Part shown: piece after piece, positions 63,712 to 64,000 of the stretch
Position numbering within the stretch: the stretch's first letter is position 1
Layout: the number at the start of each line of letters is the position of its first letter
Assembly: GCA_036172245.1 (NCBI GenBank)
Contig: JAYWIR010000002.1
Span: 62,001 to 126,000, forward strand
DNA: 64,000 nt
Direction: 5' to 3'
DNA from: Raillietiella orientalis
Taxonomy: Eukaryota
Translations under genes and position numbers: made by a program
Notes under the pieces: generated by a model
What the model was told of the DNA's origin: nothing
The model's database searches: none
What the model saw: only the letters and a program-made list of their open reading frames with translations

Positions 63712-63834
63712 GTGCTACAAGCTGACGGAGGCGACTCTGTGGCTTGTGTTGGTGCAGCAACCATGGCTCTTGTTGATGCTGGAATTTCAATGCAAGATTA
63801 TGCATGTGCATGCACTGCAAGCCTGATAAGAGAT
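63712..63834 (+). pseudogene. EXOSC4: exosome subunit RRP41/EXOSC4 exon fragment
   Basis: After AG at 63710-63711: VLQADGGDSVACVGAATMALVDAGISMQDYACACTASL, the RNase PH-family RRP41 signature VLQADGG..AAT.A..DAGI.M.D..CAC. Confidence 0.85.
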
Positions 63835-63857
63835 GATGCAACGGATGCTATCCACTA

Positions 63858-64000
63858 TTCCAGTAGCTCCAGTGCTCCGCCATCACCGACAGCGATACCT
63901 TATTTTACGGGGTCAGCACCCTCGCCGTGGACTGTTTCTCCATCATCTACATGGTCGCGTACATCCCGCTCGTATTCCTGTTTTTCTAGATCCTGGACAA
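63858..64000 (+). pseudogene. FLVCR: FLVCR-like MFS transporter fragment
   Basis: FQ*LQCSAI..FYGVSTLAVDCFSIIYMVAYIPLVFLFF*ILD matches FQW.Q.S.I..YGV...VDW.S..YM..Y.PL.F...W.LD; both stops are TAG at Trp positions. Confidence 0.75.

Noticed and set aside
1-64000. CRISPR array, rRNA or prokaryotic operon
   Set aside because: No repeat-spacer periodicity or rRNA signature; content is eukaryotic.

Overview
Eukaryotic DNA, probably from an invertebrate animal (inferred from RRP41 and FLVCR gene fragments at the right edge). I found no intact cellular gene; the window is a graveyard of nested, decayed elements. Reading through stops and frameshifts shows: (1) several APE-type non-LTR retrotransposons (L1/Tx1-like and others), two NeSL/Utopia-like RLE elements, two Ty3/Gypsy pol remnants and a possible hAT fragment; (2) a ~1.6 kb non-autonomous retroposon family with a tRNA-like Pol III head, a UUCG-hairpin-rich domain and an L1/Tx1-derived tail (three full copies, five partial); (3) most notably, pseudogenes resembling herpesvirus core genes: a UL15-like terminase ATPase (~43.2-44.2 kb, minus), a UL9-like origin-binding helicase (~1.0-1.85 kb, plus) and weaker UL28-like and triplex-like candidates, suggesting endogenous herpes-like (Duplodnaviria) virus remnants. 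All protein comparisons were made by eye against remembered consensus motifs and need HMM/HHpred confirmation. Boundaries of decayed elements are approximate.
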